Assembly (NCBI GenBank): GCA_963748035.1
Contig: CAVVHO010000005.1
Coordinates: forward strand, 1,097,080 to 1,161,079
Origin: an uncultured Gemmatimonadales bacterium
GTDB lineage: Bacteria > Gemmatimonadota > Gemmatimonadetes > Gemmatimonadales > GWC2-71-9
Reading direction: 5' to 3'
DNA: 64,000 bases
Position numbers and translations under genes: made by a program. Of this stretch, positions 1 to 9,728 are shown piece after piece; position 1 is the first letter of the stretch, and every line of letters begins with the position of its first letter. The notes under the pieces are model-generated. The model ran no database searches and had not been told where the DNA came from. It worked only from the letters and a program-made list of their open reading frames with translations.

Positions 1-523
1 CCTCGAGCTTACGACTCCGCTCCGGTCCCCGGGTATACGGAACGATGCAGAAGGTGCACTTATAATCGCAGCCGCGCTGCACGGTTACGAAGGCCGAAGC
101 CGAAGTCTCCCGAACGGCAGGCACATCCTCGTAGTGCTCCCAGGAGCGAAACTCGGTATCGCTCACCCGCTCCCCGGATCCCGCCTGGGCTACCAGAATC
201 GCCATGTTGCGATATGCATCCGGCCCGGCCACCAGGTCCACCTTGGGCACCCGTTCGAGCAGCGTCGGCCCCAGTCGCTGCGCCATGCATCCCACCACCC
301 CCAGGACAGTGCCAGCGCGCTTGTAGTGCTGCAGCTCTCCCAGGCGTCCGATCACCCGCTGCTCCGCGTTGTCGCGGACAGCGCAGGTGTTGACGAGCAT
401 GACATCCGCGCCATCGGGACACTCAACCTGGACGTACCCCTCCCGACCGAAGACTCCAAGCAGCAGCTCGGTGTCCGCGACGTTCATCTGGCAGCCGTAA
501 GTTTCGATGTAGAGACGCTTCAT
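1..523 (-). CDS. miaB: tRNA methylthiotransferase MiaB (radical SAM), N-terminal part; 3' end lies beyond window start
   Basis: Own translation from ATG at 523: MKRLYIETYGCQMNVADTELLLGVF..NTCAVRDNAEQRV..GCMAQR..QRGCDYKCTFCIVPYTRG. Three N-domain Cys plus the CxxxCxxC radical-SAM motif. Absent from the ORF track because no stop lies in the window. Confidence 0.88.
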   Translation of the reverse strand, partial: MKRLYIETYGCQMNVADTELLLGVFGREGYVQVECPDGADVMLVNTCAVRDNAEQRVIGRLGELQHYKRAGTVLGVVGCMAQRLGPTLLERVPKVDLVAGPDAYRNMAILVAQAGSGERVSDTEFRSWEHYEDVPAVRETSASAFVTVQRGCDYKCTFCIVPYTRGPERSRKLE

Positions 524-531
524 CGGAGTTG

Positions 532-1704
532 TTACTTGGCTCCACCGTACGGACGGATCGAGAGCCCGAAAGCTATCGTGAGGGCTCGCTCCTTGTAAGG
601 CGATCCCTCGCTTCGCCACGCATGTTCGATTGACACATCTACGCCCGCCCGGTCCGCGGCGAAGCGGGTGCCGGTACCAGCGCTCAGCGCGAATTCATGC
701 GGGTGTTGCCCGGCGACTACCGGGAACGGCAGATCTGTGTACCGAATGCCGAGGCGAATCGGGAGCACGCCGGGCCGCCGTGTGCTGCGGACCATCTCAC
801 CACCAAGCGATAGATCGAGCGTGTTGTGCGATCCCACCGCCCCTTGCGCCAGCAGGTCGCTGTTGGCGCCGGACCAGGTCCGGTAGTTCCCGGCGAGCGC
901 CAGGATCATCCGCGGCCCCGCGCGCACTCGGGCCCCGGCTGCGAAGCTGTAGGGCAGGTCCACCGTGTAGGCCTTGGCGGAATCCCGATCCACCGTTGCC
1001 TTCCCGTCGCTCCGCACCATCGCCGCGAGCTGGATACCGGGCGTGAGCTGGTGCGTCAGGCCAACCGAGACGCCAACGCCCTGATAGGACAGCTCGGCGG
1101 ATTGGGTGAACGAGAGAAAAGTCGAATCACTGAAGCTGCGGTGCGCCGAGAGCCGACTGGAACCCGTAATCCAGAACACGGCCAGACCGAGCGAGGTGCG
1201 TTCCGAGACTGCGTACCCGGCCGCCAACCGAATCTCGTTGAGGCCGCCGAGCGAGGTGAGGGTGTCGTTGATCCCGACCGGCTGACCGCGGAGCACGATC
1301 GTGTCAACGGTAGCCAGTTTGAAGTCACGGTCGGCGTAGCTCCCAAAGGAGACGCCAAGCCCGAGCCTGGTCCCAGGTACTGGCCCGCCTACGTACAGCA
1401 GTGGGAACCTGGTGTCCCGCAGCGACGCCGTCCCGGCGGGGGTTTCCCAATGCCGCCAGGTGGGGGAAATCACGAAGCCCGAGGACACCGCCTTGAGGTT
1501 TGGCAATGCCGCCGGGTTCAACGCGCTCTCACCATCGAACAGCGCGAAGCTGCCTCCGGTCGCGCGGGTGCGGGGCGAAAACGGCCGCCCGGGCAGACCC
1601 AGGCCCCGCACGCCGAACAACGATGACTGGGCCGGCAGCTTCGCCGGCGCGAAGAGCGGGGCCGCAAGCAGGGCGGCGAGTGCCAGGAGGCGAATCAGCC
1701 GCAC
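532..1704 (-). CDS. putative outer-membrane beta-barrel protein (signal peptide; unknown family)
   Basis: 390-aa ORF. N-terminus MRLIRLLALAALLAAPLFAPAKLPAQ is signal-peptide-like. Gly/Ser/Thr/Ala-rich alternating pattern along its length. GTG start directly abuts the stop of the upstream lipoprotein gene (1705). Confidence 0.6.
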   Translation of the reverse strand: MRLIRLLALAALLAAPLFAPAKLPAQSSLFGVRGLGLPGRPFSPRTRATGGSFALFDGESALNPAALPNLKAVSSGFVISPTWRHWETPAGTASLRDTRFPLLYVGGPVPGTRLGLGVSFGSYADRDFKLATVDTIVLRGQPVGINDTLTSLGGLNEIRLAAGYAVSERTSLGLAVFWITGSSRLSAHRSFSDSTFLSFTQSAELSYQGVGVSVGLTHQLTPGIQLAAMVRSDGKATVDRDSAKAYTVDLPYSFAAGARVRAGPRMILALAGNYRTWSGANSDLLAQGAVGSHNTLDLSLGGEMVRSTRRPGVLPIRLGIRYTDLPFPVVAGQHPHEFALSAGTGTRFAADRAGVDVSIEHAWRSEGSPYKERALTIAFGLSIRPYGGAK

Positions 1705-2928
1705 TTAGGGGGCCTCGAACGGAAATTTGAGTGCATACGTCACCCGGAGCCGTGGAGCGAATCCGGGTGTGCGAGTCGAGCCGAAGGTGGCACGGGTGAA
1801 ATTGCTGACCTCGGGGATGAGGTTCAGCATGAAAGCCGCCGGCGTGGGCTGTTCGGCCTGCCACAGGGTGGCCGCGCGCCGCACCTCGAGCCGCACCGTA
1901 TCGCTCTGTCCCAAGGCCAGCGGCGCCGTCGCGGCAAAGAAGGGATCGGGGGAGGCTGGGCTCTTCCCTCCGAAATCCGCGAGCAGGGGGCGCGCCTGCA
2001 CGAAGGCCGTGTCTCCCTTGAGTCCCGTGAACGGCGCCGTCGGCACCAGTTCGAGCGAAACTCGCACCAGCCGCGCGGAGTCGCGCATGAATGGCGACCA
2101 CGGGAACCGGATCAGGCTGCGCGCGCTGGGTGCCCCACCTATCGCGAGCAGCGACGGATCCGCCACCGGCAGCGTCTGAGAAACAAAGGTCTGGAAGCTG
2201 ATGCCCCGTGTCAGGGGGGTGCCCGGGAGGGTGGTGTCGCCGCTTGGAATTCTGACGTAAGTGATGAAGGAGGGTGCCAGAGTGCCGGTACTGCCGATCC
2301 GGGCGCCGGTGCCCTGGTCCGCGCGAATCTGGACGCCTATCGCCAGCTTGCCCGAATCCGCGGGCGCGATGGCGACCCGTCCGAGCGTCGTGTCTTTGAG
2401 GATGGTCTCCAGCCGAATTGCAGTGGTCGTGTCGTCTACCAGGAGGCTATCGATGAAATTCGCGGGGGTGAAGGCCGTCTCGGCATCCTGGAAGGTCACA
2501 CCGGAATCCACCGTGGCGGGCATGCGGTAGAGAAAGACCCGGAAGTGCTTGACGCTGGTATCGCGATAGACAACAGACACGGATAGGGAAACCGAGTCAA
2601 TCGTATAGGGGACCAGACTGTCCAGCTTCACCGTGTAGGAATCAGGACGCGCGACGAACCGGAACACGGTCCGGTCCTCACTAACCGGGAATTGATATGA
2701 AGTCCGGAGCGATGAGCCCTGGCCGGGGATCAGGTAGCCCTCAAAGCTGCTGTCCTGGTCCTGGAGTGGGTCGATCACCGTGTCCCGGATCTCGTACTTC
2801 CCCGGACAGAGATTGGGACAGTCGGCCGGGGCCGCGAGCCGCTCCTGGCAGGCCAGGAGGAACACGGTACCCAGCATCGGGACCACAGCCCCCGCGATCA
2901 CCCTGTGCAATGGGTTTGACAGTGTCAT
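1705..2928 (-). CDS. putative lipoprotein (unknown function), trimmed from the 498-aa track ORF
   Basis: Internal ATG at 2928 gives MTLSNPLHRVIAGAVVPMLGTVFLLAC.. (signal peptide plus lipobox-like LLAC). The upstream extension of the track ORF is Arg/Gly-rich junk and overlaps cdd. Confidence 0.6.
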   Translation of the reverse strand: MTLSNPLHRVIAGAVVPMLGTVFLLACQERLAAPADCPNLCPGKYEIRDTVIDPLQDQDSSFEGYLIPGQGSSLRTSYQFPVSEDRTVFRFVARPDSYTVKLDSLVPYTIDSVSLSVSVVYRDTSVKHFRVFLYRMPATVDSGVTFQDAETAFTPANFIDSLLVDDTTTAIRLETILKDTTLGRVAIAPADSGKLAIGVQIRADQGTGARIGSTGTLAPSFITYVRIPSGDTTLPGTPLTRGISFQTFVSQTLPVADPSLLAIGGAPSARSLIRFPWSPFMRDSARLVRVSLELVPTAPFTGLKGDTAFVQARPLLADFGGKSPASPDPFFAATAPLALGQSDTVRLEVRRAATLWQAEQPTPAAFMLNLIPEVSNFTRATFGSTRTPGFAPRLRVTYALKFPFEAP

Positions 2929-2966
2929 TCCTCTCGTATCGTTTCGGTCATTGCCGGTCGTGTAGC

Positions 2967-3353
2967 CTAGCGCTGCAACTCGGGGCCAAAGTGGTCTGGC
3001 AAGAGCTCTTGGACCGTCCAGCGTCGCCGCCCGCGAGGCCCAACCGATTCCACGACCAGGTCCGGCCCGAATTCCGCCAACACCTGCCGGCAGGCGCCAC
3101 AGGGCGAAACCGGCGGCTCCGCTTCCGCTACGACGACCAGCCGTGTGAAGCGCCGCACACCGGCGACTACTGCGGCCGCCACCGCCGCACGTTCGGCGCA
3201 AACCGTGAGGCCCAGGGAAGCGTTCTCCACGTTACAGCCAATGAAAACCCTGCCGCCCTCCGCCTCTAGCGCCGCCCCCACCGCAAAGTGGGAATAGGGG
3301 CAATAGGCACGCTCCATCGCGGCGCGGGCGGCATCCACCAGCGCATCAGTCAT
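2967..3353 (-). CDS. cdd: cytidine deaminase
   Basis: [45 protein letters not shown]. Contains the C/H-A-E and PCxxC zinc motifs. The ATG at 3353 overlaps the deoB stop by 8 nt. Confidence 0.9.
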   Translation of the reverse strand: MTDALVDAARAAMERAYCPYSHFAVGAALEAEGGRVFIGCNVENASLGLTVCAERAAVAAAVVAGVRRFTRLVVVAEAEPPVSPCGACRQVLAEFGPDLVVESVGPRGRRRWTVQELLPDHFGPELQR

Positions 3354-4491
3354 TCCAAATCTCCGCCAGGAAAGACTGGCCCGAGGCGAGCGGTTCGACG
3401 CCGAAGAACTGGGCCAGAGTCTGACCGACATCCGCGAAGGTCGGCCGCTCACCGAGCGCGGTGGGCCGGACGCGGGGGCCGAAGGCGAGCACCGGCACCC
3501 GTTCCCGCGAATGGTCCGTGGAAGGGGTGGTCGGGTCGTTTCCGTGGTCGGCGGTAATTATAACCAGATCCTCGTTGCGGACCGGCGCGAAGACGGCCGG
3601 GAGGGCGGCGTCCAACGCGAGGAGCCCCTGATGGTATCCGGTCACATCGTTGCGATGCCCCCAGGTCTGATCGAACTCGATCACGTTGGCGAACAGAAGC
3701 CCGCGCTGCATCGTACGAAGCGCGCTCGTGATCGCCTGGTAGGTTTCCGCATTGTTGGCCGGATGCAGGCTGGTGATGCCCCGTCGCGCGAAGAGGTCGT
3801 CCACCTTCCCAACCCCCAGCCTGGGGACATGGCGCTCGGCCAGCCGATCAAGAAGCGTGGCGCCGGGCGGTTCTACGCTGAAATCCCGGCGCCGATTGGT
3901 GCGCGTCCACGATCCCGGTGCGCCGCTGAACGGCCGGGCGATGACCCGCAACACCTGGTCGGCGCCGTTCAGGAGCCCCCGCGCCGTCTCGCATGCGCGA
4001 TACAACTCGGCCAATGGGACGATGTCTTCGTGAGCCGCCAGCTGGCACACGCTATCCGCCGAGGTATAGAGGATCCACTTGCCGGTGGTGAGATGCTCAG
4101 GACCAAGCTCTTTCAGGATCTCGGTGCCGGAGGCCGTGCAGTTACCGAGAACGCCCCGACCCGTCGCGGCCGTGAGCGCTTGGATAAAAGTGGCGGGAAA
4201 CCCATTGGGGTAGGTGCGAAACGGGTGGGCGAGCGTGAGGCCGCAGAGCTCCCAGTGACCCGTCGTACTGTCCTTTCCGGCGCTCGCGGGAATCGCGGTG
4301 CCCCACGCGGCGGCCGGCTCAACCACAGGCACGACGCCCGCCAACGGCGCGCAACGACCCAGCCCCAGGCGCTCCAGGTTGGGCGCATGGAGCCCCCCGA
4401 CGGCGCGGGCAACATTCCCGAGTGTGTCGCTTCCGCCGTCGCCATAGGCGTCGGTGTCCGGGGCAGGACCAATGCCCATGCCGTCGAGCAC
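3346..4491 (-). CDS. deoB: phosphopentomutase (true start may be CTG at 4512)
   Basis: [37 protein letters not shown]. Alkaline-phosphatase-superfamily phosphopentomutase signature. The track start is GTG 4491. The in-frame upstream [10 protein letters not shown] has no ATG/GTG/TTG (see findings). Confidence 0.88.
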   Translation of the reverse strand: MLDGMGIGPAPDTDAYGDGGSDTLGNVARAVGGLHAPNLERLGLGRCAPLAGVVPVVEPAAAWGTAIPASAGKDSTTGHWELCGLTLAHPFRTYPNGFPATFIQALTAATGRGVLGNCTASGTEILKELGPEHLTTGKWILYTSADSVCQLAAHEDIVPLAELYRACETARGLLNGADQVLRVIARPFSGAPGSWTRTNRRRDFSVEPPGATLLDRLAERHVPRLGVGKVDDLFARRGITSLHPANNAETYQAITSALRTMQRGLLFANVIEFDQTWGHRNDVTGYHQGLLALDAALPAVFAPVRNEDLVIITADHGNDPTTPSTDHSRERVPVLAFGPRVRPTALGERPTFADVGQTLAQFFGVEPLASGQSFLAEIWND

Positions 4492-4513
4492 TATCAGGGC
4501 CGCGCGACGCAGG

Positions 4514-4759
4514 CTACGATTTCTCCGTCGAGACGAAGCGGAAGCGCAGCGCGGTCAGTACTTCGGTCAGGAGCTGCTGTTCCTCCGCCTCAAGATGACC
4601 GGCGGTCTTCTGTTCCAGCATGCCGAGGGTGTCGATCATGGCCCGCGCGACCTCCCGCGGAACCGTGGTGCTCGGCGTGCCCGGCGGCAACGAGCCCGCG
4701 AGCGCCTGGTCCGCCTGGTGGGCCAGCCCGAGAACAAGTGACGTGAACAGGCCACTCAT
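4514..4759 (-). CDS. DUF1844-like small protein
   Basis: 81 aa: FTSLVLGLAHQADQALAG....ARAMIDTLGMLEQKTAGHLEAEEQQLLTEVLTALRFRF. The pattern matches my memory of DUF1844. 4-nt overlap with the alr stop. Confidence 0.6.
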   Translation of the reverse strand: MSGLFTSLVLGLAHQADQALAGSLPPGTPSTTVPREVARAMIDTLGMLEQKTAGHLEAEEQQLLTEVLTALRFRFVSTEKS

Positions 4760-5814
4760 GAGTATCTCCGCACGACACGTGGTCCCATCGCCGTGAGCAG
4801 CTCATAGTTGATCGTGCCCGCTCGTTTGGCGAATTCATCCAATGAGACGAGTCCACCGAACAGGGTTGCGACGTCCCCCACCGCACAGGGGTGTTCCACC
4901 GAAAGCATCGTGAAATCCATCGTGACCCGCCCCACGATTGGGACGACCTGTCCGTTGAGCTCCACTGCGCCCTGATTGCTGAGGGAGCGAAACACCCCGT
5001 CCGCGTAGCCAATCCCGAGTGTGACGATTCGGGTGTCGCGTTGCGCGGTCCAGGTCGCGCCGTAACTCACACCGTCCCCAGGGCCGATGTCACGGTGCGC
5101 CAGCACACGTGCCCGCAGTCGCACCACCGCCTCAGCTCGGAAGCGGCCCACATCACCGCCATACAGGAAAATTCCGGGTCGAACCAGATCGCAAGCGTAG
5201 GTCGTTCCCAGCAGCGCGGCCGCACTGTTGGCGGCGTGGACCAGCGGAGGCCTGCCCGGCAGGATCTGCAGCACGGCGCTGAAGCGCTCCCACTGGCGTT
5301 CGACCGACCCAAGGTCGCTCTCGGCGGAGTGGAAGTGAGTGAACACCCCCTCCCATCCTTTCGCTCCCTTGAGCAGTTCGCACCACGCGGAGTCCGCACG
5401 CCAGGAGAACCCCGTGCGTGACATCCCGGTATCCACCTCGATGTGAAACGGATGCGGCCCCGCCGCAAGCCAGGCGCGGAGAGCGGCTTCATCGCCAATC
5501 ACTGGACGAAGGTCGTTCGCGAGGTGATCGGTGATCTGAGCGGGCGAAAGGGGGGTAAAAACCAGGATGGGTCGGCTGATCCGTGCGGCTCGGAGCGCCG
5601 CACCTTCTTCCAGAGTCGCCACGCCGAAGCCCCAGGGATCGAGCGCTTCCAGCGCGCGCACACACGCCACGGCGCCGAGACCGTAACCGTTCGCCTTAAC
5701 CATAGGCAGGAGCCGCGCGCCCGAAATCCTGGCCACGGTGCGTGCGTTGGCCACTAGGGCAGCCAGATCCACCTCGGCCCAGGCGCGCGCCGTCTCATCC
5801 GGAATTGACGTCAT
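4756..5814 (-). CDS. alr: alanine racemase
   Basis: AWAEVDLAALVANARTV..LLPMVKANGYGLGAV (PLP-Lys motif); ..VSYGATWTA..GYADG..VPIVGRVTMD. Confidence 0.9.
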   Translation of the reverse strand: MTSIPDETARAWAEVDLAALVANARTVARISGARLLPMVKANGYGLGAVACVRALEALDPWGFGVATLEEGAALRAARISRPILVFTPLSPAQITDHLANDLRPVIGDEAALRAWLAAGPHPFHIEVDTGMSRTGFSWRADSAWCELLKGAKGWEGVFTHFHSAESDLGSVERQWERFSAVLQILPGRPPLVHAANSAAALLGTTYACDLVRPGIFLYGGDVGRFRAEAVVRLRARVLAHRDIGPGDGVSYGATWTAQRDTRIVTLGIGYADGVFRSLSNQGAVELNGQVVPIVGRVTMDFTMLSVEHPCAVGDVATLFGGLVSLDEFAKRAGTINYELLTAMGPRVVRRYS

Positions 5815-5841
5815 GGTCGGGCGGCGGGTATGATAGGGATC

Positions 5842-5849
5842 GAGGAGGA
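5842..5849 (+). promoter_or_regulatory. Shine-Dalgarno-like GAGGAGGA upstream of the mazG ATG
   Basis: gaggagga ends 3 nt before the ATG at 5853. It lies in the 38-nt divergent alr/mazG spacer. Confidence 0.5.
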
Positions 5850-5852
5850 TAA

Positions 5853-6650
5853 ATGCAAGAGAAATCAGCGCTTGGACGCGCTCAGGTGATGGTCCGAGAT
5901 CTCCGCCAGCGCTGCCCTTGGGACCGGGTCCAGACGCGCGAGACCATCCGTCCGTACCTGCTTGAGGAGGTGTTCGAGCTGGACCATGCCATCGCGCAAG
6001 GTAATCCGGCCGCTATCCGCGAAGAGGTCGCGGATCTTCTGCTTCACTTGGCCTGGCAGCTGGTCTTGGCCGAGGAGGCAGGCGAGTTCACCGCCGAGGA
6101 TGTCGTGCAGGACCTCGAGCGAAAGATGCGTCGGCGACACCCCCATCTCTTCAATCTCGGGCCCGCGGAGCAGTGGGGCCGGCTGAAGCAGCGGGAAAAG
6201 ACCGGCACCGTGCTCGATGGCCTGCCCCCCGCCCTGCCCAGCCTGCTCATGGCCTACCGGCTTCAGGAGCGCGCCGCCGGAGTTGGCTTCGATTGGCCGG
6301 ACACTTCGGGTCCAGCAACCAAGGTGCGCGAGGAACTCGCGGAAGTCGAAGAGTCGCTCGCGTCCGCCCCTCCAGCACCACCCATTGCGGTGACCTCAGG
6401 CGAGCCGGTACCGCCGCATGCCGGAGACGAGGTCACCGATGAAATCGGAGACCTGCTTTTCGCGGTGGTAAACCTGGCTCGCAAGGCCCGAGTGCAACCG
6501 GCCATCGCACTCGATCGGGCCAATCGAAAATTCCAGAGTCGGTTTACGGCGCTGGAGCGCATGGCGAATGCGCGTGGCATCGAGTTGGCGACGGCAGGGC
6601 TGGACGTGCTGGATGGGCTGTGGGAGGAGGTGAAGGCGATTGCTGATTGA
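5853..6650 (+). CDS. mazG: nucleoside triphosphate pyrophosphohydrolase MazG
   Basis: LRQRCPWDRVQTRETIRPYLLEEVFELDHAI..EEVADLLLHL, plus a second MazG repeat EIGDLLFAVVNLAR. Confidence 0.9.
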   Translation: MQEKSALGRAQVMVRDLRQRCPWDRVQTRETIRPYLLEEVFELDHAIAQGNPAAIREEVADLLLHLAWQLVLAEEAGEFTAEDVVQDLERKMRRRHPHLFNLGPAEQWGRLKQREKTGTVLDGLPPALPSLLMAYRLQERAAGVGFDWPDTSGPATKVREELAEVEESLASAPPAPPIAVTSGEPVPPHAGDEVTDEIGDLLFAVVNLARKARVQPAIALDRANRKFQSRFTALERMANARGIELATAGLDVLDGLWEEVKAIAD

Positions 6651-6717
6651 CGATTGCTGATTGCCGATTGGGCAAGGACTCTCAATCGGCAATTAGCAAT
6701 CAGCAATCGCCAATTCA
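6638..6717. repeat. palindromic pair of heptanucleotide arrays: (GATTGNN)x5, 10-12 nt loop, (CAATNNN)x5
   Basis: Left arm 6638-6672: gattgct gattgac gattgct gattgcc gattggg. Right arm 6683-6717: caatcgg caattag caatcag caatcgc caattca. 6657-6670 pairs with 6683-6696 (14 bp including one G.U). The outer units pair as 5-bp blocks. The left arm includes the mazG stop codon. Confidence 0.85.
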
Positions 6718-6735
6718 CGGCTGCCGAACCCGGGC

Positions 6736-8032
<1,297 letters not shown>

Positions 8033-8056
8033 GCGCGAAGTTGGCGTGGGCGTGGG

Positions 8057-9151
8057 GTGCGACGACGTGGGGCGTTGAGTCTAGCCGGCCTGCTGATGAC
8101 CGTCAACGCGGGGTGCGGAGGATATCGCCCTGTCCCGGAATTCGATACCGGGCAACTGCAGCCGGCGGTCGCGATCCCCGGCACACCCCTCACCCGCGTG
8201 TGGCAGAGCCGCCCGGTCCGTGGCCCGAGCGCTCCGATCGCGCTCGATGGCACGACGGCCTATATCGGTGGCTCTGACCGACGTGTCGTGTCGGTGGACC
8301 TCGCCAGCGGCAAGACCCGCTGGGCCCATCGGGTCTCCGGCCCACTCGTCGGTGGGGTGCTGCGCTCCGGCGATGTCGTCTACAGCGCCACTGACAGGCC
8401 TGATGGGCGGGTGCGTGCCTTCCTCACGGTCAGCGGCAATCAGCTCTGGTCCACTGGCACCGGATACGTGGAAGCACCGATCGCGCTGGCGGCGGGGCGA
8501 TTGATCGTGCTCAATCGTCAGGGGCAGATACTGGCCCTGGATACCTCGACCGGTCGGATTCTATGGCGCCGTCCCCTTGCATCCCAGCGTATCGGCCCAC
8601 TCGTCCTCAGTGATAGCCTCGTGCTGGTCAGCTCGTTCGACAGCCTTTACCTGGTCAGGGTGAGCGACGGCAAAGTCGCGGTCCGGCAACGGGCGCCAGG
8701 GGCGGTCACCGCACCGTGGGTTCGGCTGGGAAGGAATCTGGTCGCGGGGACGGGCGACTCCACGGTGGTCGCGATCGATCCTGACAGCCTGATCCTGCGC
8801 TGGAAGGTACGGCTCGACGGCCCCCTGCTCGCCTCTCCCACCGCCCGCGCCGACACGGTGTACTGCGTCACTCAGCTTGGCTCGCTGTACCGTGTGGTCC
8901 CCGGCCCGACACCGGAACTCACCCGGCTCCGTAACGAGCGCTGGGCGGCGACTGGTGCCCCTGCGGTGTTCGGCCCTTGGGTCCTCGTCGGCAGCTCGAA
9001 CGGGAGCCTCCGCGCCTTCCGCATCTCCGATGGGGACGAGGCGTGGTCGATGCCCTTGGGCCGCCCGCTCGAGCTGGCGCCGCTCATTCTAGGGGACAGC
9101 GGGTTCATTGCCCTCGGCGGCCGGGGTGACCTTCACCGGATGCGCTTGTGA
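8057..9151 (+). CDS. PQQ-like beta-propeller lipoprotein (BamB/YfgL-like)
   Basis: GTG at 8057 gives VRRRGALSLAGLLMTVNAGCGG (lipoprotein-type signal). Repeated propeller blades: SGKTRWAHRV, SGNQLWSTGT, TGRILWRRPL, LILRWKVRL, DGDEAWSMPL. The 5' half of the 715-aa track ORF is antisense to asnS and was discarded. Confidence 0.75.
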   Translation: MRRRGALSLAGLLMTVNAGCGGYRPVPEFDTGQLQPAVAIPGTPLTRVWQSRPVRGPSAPIALDGTTAYIGGSDRRVVSVDLASGKTRWAHRVSGPLVGGVLRSGDVVYSATDRPDGRVRAFLTVSGNQLWSTGTGYVEAPIALAAGRLIVLNRQGQILALDTSTGRILWRRPLASQRIGPLVLSDSLVLVSSFDSLYLVRVSDGKVAVRQRAPGAVTAPWVRLGRNLVAGTGDSTVVAIDPDSLILRWKVRLDGPLLASPTARADTVYCVTQLGSLYRVVPGPTPELTRLRNERWAATGAPAVFGPWVLVGSSNGSLRAFRISDGDEAWSMPLGRPLELAPLILGDSGFIALGGRGDLHRMRL

Positions 9152-9657
9152 CCCACCTCCACCCGCGGGTCATCATCGGCTTCGCGACCGCCGCGCTCAT
9201 CGGGCTGACGGTCATCTTGAGTGCCACGCCACTCGCCGCTCAGCGGGCCGATTCCATCATGGTGCGGAGCTCACCGATTCTCATCAAGTACGGCAAGTGG
9301 CTGACGCTGGCTGGTGCGGTCGGGATGGGCATCAAGGCCGCGAACGCACATGACGACGCGGATCGGGCCTTCGCACGCCTGACGCAATACTGTAGTGGCA
9401 ATGCGGCCCGCTGTGACCAGCAGCCTTCGGGCAGTTACGTCGATCCGGTTGCGGAGGGGTACTACCAGAGTTCGCTCCGCCACGATCGCCGTGCCCGGCG
9501 GTGGCTTCTGGGTGGGGAGATCACCCTGGTGGGAACGGCTGGGCTCTTTGTGTGGGAACTCACCCGACCGAAGCACCCGTCCCGGAATATTCCTTTCGAA
9601 CCCACCATCACCGTCACGCCCCAAGCAACTCAGTTCGGGGTTCGTGCCGCCTTCTGA
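9148..9657 (+). CDS. hypothetical secreted/membrane protein
   Basis: 169 aa. Signal-like VIIGFATAALIGLTVILSATPLAAQ and a C-terminal hydrophobic helix LLGGEITLVGTAGLFVWEL. The start overlaps the upstream stop (GTGA). Confidence 0.55.
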   Translation: MTHLHPRVIIGFATAALIGLTVILSATPLAAQRADSIMVRSSPILIKYGKWLTLAGAVGMGIKAANAHDDADRAFARLTQYCSGNAARCDQQPSGSYVDPVAEGYYQSSLRHDRRARRWLLGGEITLVGTAGLFVWELTRPKHPSRNIPFEPTITVTPQATQFGVRAAF

Positions 9658-9728
9658 CCGGCATCTGGCTCCGTGTCTGTCGACCGCTCGTCTCGATCCG
9701 CGCCCGAGTGGTGAGCTTCGTCGGACGC

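Noticed and set aside
3511-4746. 411-aa plus-strand ORF
   Set aside because: Antisense to deoB and the DUF1844 gene.
9658-9728. Terminator hairpin between the convergent hypothetical gene and recG
   Set aside because: I could not find a convincing inverted repeat or U-tract by eye.
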